From: Bdellovibrionota bacterium
GTDB lineage: Bacteria > Bdellovibrionota_C > UBA2361 > JBGSMV01
Length of the DNA: 12,790 bases
NCBI GenBank assembly: GCA_044356455.1
Contig: JBIKWF010000119.1
Span: forward strand, 1-12,790
Reading direction: 5' to 3'
Shown here: positions 7,275-12,790 of the stretch, piece after piece
Numbering within the stretch: the stretch's first letter is position 1
Layout of the letters: every line of letters begins with the position of its first letter
Made by a program: the position numbers and the translations under genes
Notes under the pieces: model-generated
What the model was told of the DNA's origin: nothing
The model's input: the letters and a program-made list of their open reading frames with translations, nothing else
Database searches by the model: none

Positions 7275-10200
7275 ATGCTTGCGAAGAATAGGATTGGAAA
7301 TGAAGCGGAACTGGCTCTCACGGGCTCTGAGCGAGTCCTTCACGGACTTCTTAAGCCCGCAGGCGGTGCTCTAGATCCTGATACCCTGGCCAAAGTTATC
7401 ACTAAAAATGCAGAACGAGCAGGGGTGGAAGAATTCCTTGCGCTTGCATTGCCCCCTGCGCCTCGAGGAGCGCGCGGCAAGGGCGTACCGCGAGCTATGG
7501 ACCCTGAGCGTCTTGTTGCCGAACTGAAGAAGCTCGCAAAAACCCCTGGGGGCCTGCAAGAATTTGCGCTGGCTCTTAGTGAAGCCGTGTTCCTCGGCGG
7601 AACTGCCAAGCCTGCGCGGGTGCTTGATGCAACCTACGACCTTCTAAGGACCGTGGGCAAAGAACTACTCGAGTTAAGAAGCCTGCCCAATAAGCGTAAG
7701 GCACCAGGCAGTTCTGATAAGCTTGATGCGCTCCGGCGCATTGACCGCGAGCTGATGCAGTATGTTCAAACGCACGAGGGTATCAAGAGTGATGACTACA
7801 GCGTGCTCAATCAACAGCACCGGGTAATTGCTGCTGCAATTAAAGCTGAGGAGCAAGGCTTTATCGCCAAACTCCCGAAACCAATCCTCTCAAAGCTGGA
7901 ATCCCTGGGGCCAGTGCTGGCCTCTGAAATCCCGTCGTGGGGAGAAAGGGCGCAAAGCGAAATTCAGCGCCTGATTGCGCTTGGCATTGTGCACCAGAGC
8001 GAAGTTCAGGGAGTTGGAAACGTGATCGCATTCGCGCGCGCTAAGACCACCACTGCGCAGTTCGAGGCGACTATTCCTCCTCGAGTGAGGGAACGCATGG
8101 GAGAAGAGCTCAAAGCAGAGCTACGCCTTAAGTACTCCGGGAAGCTGCGTCCTCTTGGTATAGCCGAGAACCGAGAAGGAGGAGTTCCGACCCTCAACGA
8201 TCGTCTGCGCCTCAAGAAGGTAGCAGAGAAAGTTGGAGTGGGCGTCGCGCACATGGTACTTGCATTAAAGTACCTTGAAGAACACAAGCTCGTGGTAGCA
8301 GAGCATACCGGGTACCGCATTTCTCCCTTAGCTGAGCGCGTTGGCCTTGGGATGCGTGCAGTTCGTATAGTGCAAAGAGCGGCTCAACACGGTGGGGTAG
8401 GAACCGATAAAGTCTCGCTCGAGCGCTACCTAGACGCGGTCAAGTCAGTCCGGGAAACTTGGAAGGTTCCCACCTATAAGCTATCGACGAAAGAGGGTGG
8501 AGCTCCCTGGATCTACTTACTTGACGAGCTTTGCGCAGGCAACGCGCGTATTGATGCAGATCATTTGAAGGGGGTACTCGCCGATATTCGAGCAAACCCC
8601 AATGCCCTGGTGATTGCCTCCAATATGATACAGGGGGATCCTGCCGTCGACCCCCGGGCGATGAGGACGTCACTGACGCCTGCTTCCACGGGCGGAGTGG
8701 ATCTGCGTGACTACGATTCCCAGCTTAAGCTCGTGCGGAGTCTTTTGTCCTCACTTGGGCATCCGGTTCTTCAGCTGCAAGGCAAAGCGGAACTTGAAAC
8801 GGCAAATATTCGCGCGGATGTGCAGCGCGTGCGAGACCAGTACGCGCTTCAAGGTTCCGAAAAGCCGGATGAAGCAAAGGTGAAGGCCGCGCTTTCTAGG
8901 CTCAACGATATCTCGTATCGAGCAGGTCGGAAGTTTAATGCAAAGCTGCATGCCGAAATTCTCGAGTTTGTTTCCCAAGTAGTCATGCCGCTTGAAGCAA
9001 AGCTCGGAAGACAATTGCTGGAGAGCTCTGCAATTCAGGAGAAAACTGGGCTCGATATGAATGAATTAGAGATAGTTCGCGATATCGCAAGCGAGCTCAT
9101 GCGCGACCATCATTCGGGAAGAACCGAAGGGCGAGACAGGCTCCAGGCGCTTTATACCGAGTTCTTCGACATGGACGAAGTGGGCCCTGACTACCTTTTG
9201 CAATTAGAAGAGGTGCTGTTTCCGGTGAAAGAGGCGCTCGAAGCAGGAGCCCCCGTAGTTCGCGGTGGAGCAGCGGTAGAGTTTATTACACCTCAGGCGA
9301 GGTCTGGACTCACGATGATGTGTTTGCCTGAGTTCAAGTTCGGCGTTGCAGAGGCGCAGAACCCGACGGCAAAGCTGATAGAGCTCATAAAGAGCCGAAC
9401 CTTGGGTGGGCGAACTATGCCCGACATTGTGGTGACAGGAGCAACGGGCCAGGCATATCTCTCAATGACTGCCGGGGGAACACTGATTGTTTCGGCGGCT
9501 TCGCTGCAAGCCAGCAACTATGACGATACCTATTTCCACACCGAGGCGCCCGACCGACACAAGCGGCGCCGCGCTATCTCGGGTGGAGAGAGTTCTTCTG
9601 GCTCGATTGCCTTTAGTGGAGGCGTACACGAGGGAATCAAGACCGATGCGTATACCTTACGGCTCTGGAACAGAAAGATTCGCGAAGTGCTCGAAGAGAA
9701 TGCGCGCCTCGGGCGTCCGTCAAAGCAAGTTGACATTTTTTCGACCAGCGATTGGCAAGTCGGTTCGCCGACGGCCAAACCGGCGACTATGTTGCGCGGC
9801 TTGTTCTGGGCAATTGCCAATGGACAAAAAGAGATAGTTATCAATGGCGATGCTTTCCAGGGGCAGAACTACGGCCGGGCACCTGCTGAGATGCAACTCA
9901 CTGGCCTAGTCGGTATCGAGGACCAGCAGGCATTTGTATACGCGTTGCTAAATCCACTGCTCGATTGTATCCGCCGCATGCGAGAGGCAGACCCGTCATT
10001 TGAGATACCGAAGTTCAAGATTTTGGCTGGGAATCATGAAACCAATTCTCAGTCCGGCAAGGGTCTGCAGGGAATTTGGTTTCTCCAAACCATCGCGGCA
10101 CAAGTGCAGTCATTTTACCGCGGGGCATTTGGGAAAGAGATTGCCGATACGCATGTGCTGTATCCCAAGAAGTTTGTAGACCGCATGGGAGTGGATGTCG

Positions 10201-10754
10201 ACTACTCTCATATGGTTCTCGACCATACGGAAACCACGGGCTTTCGCATTGGAGTGCAGCACTACGTAGGAGTAGGGGCCAAGGGCAGCAGTTCGGTACC
10301 TCCAATCTCGGCAGCCAAAGGCTGGGCGAGATCTATGGAGAATGAGCTTAGGCCGCTGCATGGATTTTTGCTTGGTCACTGGCACACTCAGTCGGTAACT
10401 ATGGGCGATGGTCTCTTTTACGCCATATTTGGGGCGAATGCGGATAAGTCTGGCTTTGAATGGCACCTCGGTTATCCCACCACGGTACCGGCGGCAGGAG
10501 TTCTTAGGCTCTTTTCCGACCGTCCTCCAGAGATGTTCTTTGTGACGGATCCTTACCTAAGGCTACAAGAGCCGCAGCTTCAGCAGCTACCCGAGTACCG
10601 TGCCTTGGTTGAAAAGTGGGGCTCACTCGAGGGGTTTGTTGAGAATGAACGCGGGCGCCATCAGCGCCGCGATCAGGGCGCCATGCGTTATAGCGAGCTA
10701 AAACTTGGCGGGGCGACGCATGGGTTTATCGAGCCGCATCGAAAAGTTGGCTAA
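7275..10754 (+). CDS. Large multidomain protein: helical N-terminus, putative winged-helix elements, degenerate calcineurin-like metallophosphoesterase domain, and C-terminal metallophosphoesterase domain
   Basis: RBS AAGGAG at 7261-7266. The C-terminal domain has the five MPE motifs in order: SDWQVGS (D826), NGDAFQG (D859), AGNHE (G919-E922), VQH (H996) and LGHWH (H1035/H1037). A parallel but ligand-degenerate motif series lies at about aa 410-750. Confidence 0.85.
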   Translation: MLAKNRIGNEAELALTGSERVLHGLLKPAGGALDPDTLAKVITKNAERAGVEEFLALALPPAPRGARGKGVPRAMDPERLVAELKKLAKTPGGLQEFALALSEAVFLGGTAKPARVLDATYDLLRTVGKELLELRSLPNKRKAPGSSDKLDALRRIDRELMQYVQTHEGIKSDDYSVLNQQHRVIAAAIKAEEQGFIAKLPKPILSKLESLGPVLASEIPSWGERAQSEIQRLIALGIVHQSEVQGVGNVIAFARAKTTTAQFEATIPPRVRERMGEELKAELRLKYSGKLRPLGIAENREGGVPTLNDRLRLKKVAEKVGVGVAHMVLALKYLEEHKLVVAEHTGYRISPLAERVGLGMRAVRIVQRAAQHGGVGTDKVSLERYLDAVKSVRETWKVPTYKLSTKEGGAPWIYLLDELCAGNARIDADHLKGVLADIRANPNALVIASNMIQGDPAVDPRAMRTSLTPASTGGVDLRDYDSQLKLVRSLLSSLGHPVLQLQGKAELETANIRADVQRVRDQYALQGSEKPDEAKVKAALSRLNDISYRAGRKFNAKLHAEILEFVSQVVMPLEAKLGRQLLESSAIQEKTGLDMNELEIVRDIASELMRDHHSGRTEGRDRLQALYTEFFDMDEVGPDYLLQLEEVLFPVKEALEAGAPVVRGGAAVEFITPQARSGLTMMCLPEFKFGVAEAQNPTAKLIELIKSRTLGGRTMPDIVVTGATGQAYLSMTAGGTLIVSAASLQASNYDDTYFHTEAPDRHKRRRAISGGESSSGSIAFSGGVHEGIKTDAYTLRLWNRKIREVLEENARLGRPSKQVDIFSTSDWQVGSPTAKPATMLRGLFWAIANGQKEIVINGDAFQGQNYGRAPAEMQLTGLVGIEDQQAFVYALLNPLLDCIRRMREADPSFEIPKFKILAGNHETNSQSGKGLQGIWFLQTIAAQVQSFYRGAFGKEIADTHVLYPKKFVDRMGVDVDYSHMVLDHTETTGFRIGVQHYVGVGAKGSSSVPPISAAKGWARSMENELRPLHGFLLGHWHTQSVTMGDGLFYAIFGANADKSGFEWHLGYPTTVPAAGVLRLFSDRPPEMFFVTDPYLRLQEPQLQQLPEYRALVEKWGSLEGFVENERGRHQRRDQGAMRYSELKLGGATHGFIEPHRKVG

Positions 10755-10778
10755 TCACGCGCGAAAAGGAGCTTGCGT

Positions 10779-11843
10779 ATGGTGGTTGGAAGTCAGCGCC
10801 ACGAAAAGGGCAGGGGAGAAATCCGGGGAGGGCTCAAGATGCCCTCCCTCGCCCGATCCCTCGGTCCTGAACAACGAGGAGAAATTGGCCCTTGCTCAGT
10901 GCTTGGACTGAGAGCCGATCTCCCGGCCCCCCGCTATCATTTCGTGGTAAGTACGGCAGATGGTCCCGCCTATGAAGTGTACCTTGAAAAGTGTGCGCAC
11001 CCCGAGGGGTGTTCTGCGCTTTCAATCCGGAGTGAAGGCATTGGTACCAACGGTCCCTGGATTGGGTTCCAGGCCGCTGGAGTACCAGGAGCCAGGCGTG
11101 CCGTGGTAAATGGTATCTTAGCAGATGCCGCAGAGGATTTATCGAAGGGCCAGTGCTTTGGCAGCATCGTGCGTGGCCTCCTTGAGCATGTGGACGCAGC
11201 ACTGCTTGAAGTCTTCGAGGCGGCGCATCCCTTGTCCGCTCTTTCACCGGGAAACTTTCGTTCCCCGGCATTCCAACGAAGAGCAGAGGCGCTTCAACTC
11301 TTGGCCGACTACCGCATAAATTGCAACGAATGGGGAACCGGCATCTCTAAGCCACTGTCAAGTCTGCTCAATGAAATTGAGCGCGGAGAATCAAGGCTAC
11401 TTGTAGACCAAGGTGTTCTCGTGCGGCGCATAGAGGTAGCGCGTATCAAGGTCTTTTATCAACCTCCGACGGGGGAGGCGCTGTTTCTCGCCGAGGCAGG
11501 CCAGAAATTCCACGATGGCAGAGTGCGCATCAGACGAAGTGAGTACTCCCTCGCTGAAAAGATTATGGGCGAGACAGCGGCCCAGGCCGCCGCCCGGGCG
11601 TTTCGTGAGGAACTGCAGATAGAGACTGTTCCTCCACTTAAGGGCGGATCACTTAGTGCGGTGCGCGGTGAATGCGCCGACTTTCCTGGCCTCATTAGTG
11701 AGAAGGTCTTTACCAATTTTTCTGCCTGGCTCACCCAGTCGGAGTTCAAACCGGAAGGGTATACAGAAATACAGGCCGATAAATGCACGGTGTTTAGATG
11801 GGTTCCGCAGGGTTGGCCAGGAACTAAAGCCTTTCAACCTTAA
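10779..11843 (+). CDS. Protein with C-terminal NUDIX-fold domain (degenerate Nudix box) and unknown N-terminal domain
   Basis: AEKIMGETAAQAAARAFREELQI (11553-11621) matches the E-x7-R-x-U-x-EE-x-x-U core of the Nudix box. It is preceded by WGxGxxK..L..E...GE and E..Q.F.DGR.R.R, which I recall from an uncharacterised NUDIX-like family. Start at ATG 10779 (AAGGAG at 10766-10771) or ATG 10839 (GGGGAGGG at 10825-10832). Confidence 0.72.
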   Translation: MVVGSQRHEKGRGEIRGGLKMPSLARSLGPEQRGEIGPCSVLGLRADLPAPRYHFVVSTADGPAYEVYLEKCAHPEGCSALSIRSEGIGTNGPWIGFQAAGVPGARRAVVNGILADAAEDLSKGQCFGSIVRGLLEHVDAALLEVFEAAHPLSALSPGNFRSPAFQRRAEALQLLADYRINCNEWGTGISKPLSSLLNEIERGESRLLVDQGVLVRRIEVARIKVFYQPPTGEALFLAEAGQKFHDGRVRIRRSEYSLAEKIMGETAAQAAARAFREELQIETVPPLKGGSLSAVRGECADFPGLISEKVFTNFSAWLTQSEFKPEGYTEIQADKCTVFRWVPQGWPGTKAFQP

Positions 11844-12789
11844 GCGTCTCCCCAGACATCTTGAGCAGCGAGCGCTTGCCGTTGACCACGGTCTCCAGCA
11901 CCACCTCGCGCTCCCAAAGCGCGCCGATGTGTTTGAGGGTGTGCTCTGCATACTCAAGCTGCAAGTCGCGGCCTTCGTGGTAGTGCTTCAAGTAGAGTGT
12001 TCGATTTCTGCCAAAGTCTGCGTCCTCTACCTTTATCGTAGGAATTGAGTTCATTCCCACGCCGCGGATGAGGGTCTCCTTAACTTCGTTCCAGTTCTCT
12101 TCATCGGACACCTTCGTCACCACCCGCTCTTTGCCACGTTTTTCATGCTGAAAGAGTTGCAGCTCTTGCATGAGCTCAGGGGTGAGAAAGCGTCTCAGGA
12201 ACGAGGCGTCGCGGTCCGACTCTCGCACTTCAAAGAGTTTTCTGCGCCCTGGGGAGTCGTTTTCGGGCATGTCTTCGATAGAAATTTTTGGCTTATCGTC
12301 TGTGTACTCTCTCCCCGTACGCCCCTCGTTCCAACGTTTTTCGATATCGTTCCAGAGCACGAATCCAAGATGGTAGGGGTTTAGGCCGCCTGGATGAGGA
12401 CGAAGGACCTGATTGTGCCGAATAATGAACTCGACATGCAGCCCGTGTTCAAGATGCAGGGCGTTTAAGAGCTTGTGATGCCAATAGCTCGCCCAGCCCT
12501 CATTCATGATCTTGGTTTCGATCTGGGGGATAAAATACTGGCTTTCTTCATCCACAATCCGCAGCAAGTCGCGCTTCCACTCGGGAAGGTACGGGTTGTA
12601 TTTCGCTATGAATTGCAAGATGTCTTCGTCGGGCTCCAGAGGTATACGGTTCAGCTCGGGAGCTTCGTACACTCTTTTCTCATGGATATTGCGCCAGGGG
12701 TCTTCTGGCTGCTGGGCGTCTTGCCAGCGGCGCATGCGCTGCTCTTCTGGCGATAGTTTTTTGATGGCGAGATTGCGGGAGCGCTGAAG
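11824..12789 (-). CDS. spoVR: SpoVR/YcgB family protein, 5'-truncated by the window edge
   Basis: Signature YFIPQIETKIMNEGWASYWH, plus NPYHLG, D.SFLRRFLT and LYLKHYHEGRDL. The frame stays open upstream of ATG 12735 to the window end (LQRSRNLAIKKLSPEEQRM), so the true start lies outside the window. Confidence 0.93.
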   Translation of the reverse strand, partial: LQRSRNLAIKKLSPEEQRMRRWQDAQQPEDPWRNIHEKRVYEAPELNRIPLEPDEDILQFIAKYNPYLPEWKRDLLRIVDEESQYFIPQIETKIMNEGWASYWHHKLLNALHLEHGLHVEFIIRHNQVLRPHPGGLNPYHLGFVLWNDIEKRWNEGRTGREYTDDKPKISIEDMPENDSPGRRKLFEVRESDRDASFLRRFLTPELMQELQLFQHEKRGKERVVTKVSDEENWNEVKETLIRGVGMNSIPTIKVEDADFGRNRTLYLKHYHEGRDLQLEYAEHTLKHIGALWEREVVLETVVNGKRSLLKMSGETLKVERL

Positions 12790-12790
12790 C

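Noticed and set aside
7275..10754. Calling the large protein SbcD/Mre11, a PolD subunit or a Ser/Thr protein phosphatase
   Set aside because: No adjacent SbcC/Rad50 ATPase or polymerase subunit, and no GDxVDRG PPP motif; only the superfamily-level call is supported.
255..12787. The many other 60-145 aa alternative-frame and antisense ORFs in the track
   Set aside because: All overlap well-supported longer CDSs and show no recognisable motifs.
1..12790. CRISPR array, tRNA/rRNA, IS element or integrase
   Set aside because: No regularly spaced repeats, cloverleaf or rRNA-like segments, transposase/recombinase motifs or terminal inverted repeats seen by eye.

Overview
Bacterial genomic window, almost fully coding, with four blocks. 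(1) A + strand signalling operon joined by ATGA overlaps: receiver-histidine kinase hybrid, stand-alone receiver, and a CheA-type kinase with no recognisable P2 domain. No cheW, MCP, cheR or cheB gene is visible in the window. (2) A - strand secreted alkaline phosphatase of the PhoA family. (3) A divergent + strand run of four poorly characterised genes: a 347-aa helical protein, an 86-aa acidic protein, a 1159-aa protein, and a protein with a degenerate NUDIX domain. The 1159-aa protein has putative winged-helix elements, then a catalytically degenerate calcineurin-like metallophosphoesterase (MPE) domain, then a near-intact one. (4) The 3' part of a convergent SpoVR-family gene running off the window end. 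Block 3, especially the tandem pseudo-MPE/MPE protein, is the best candidate for an undescribed system. No RNA genes, CRISPR arrays or mobile elements were recognised. All assignments come from reading motifs by eye; no database search was run.
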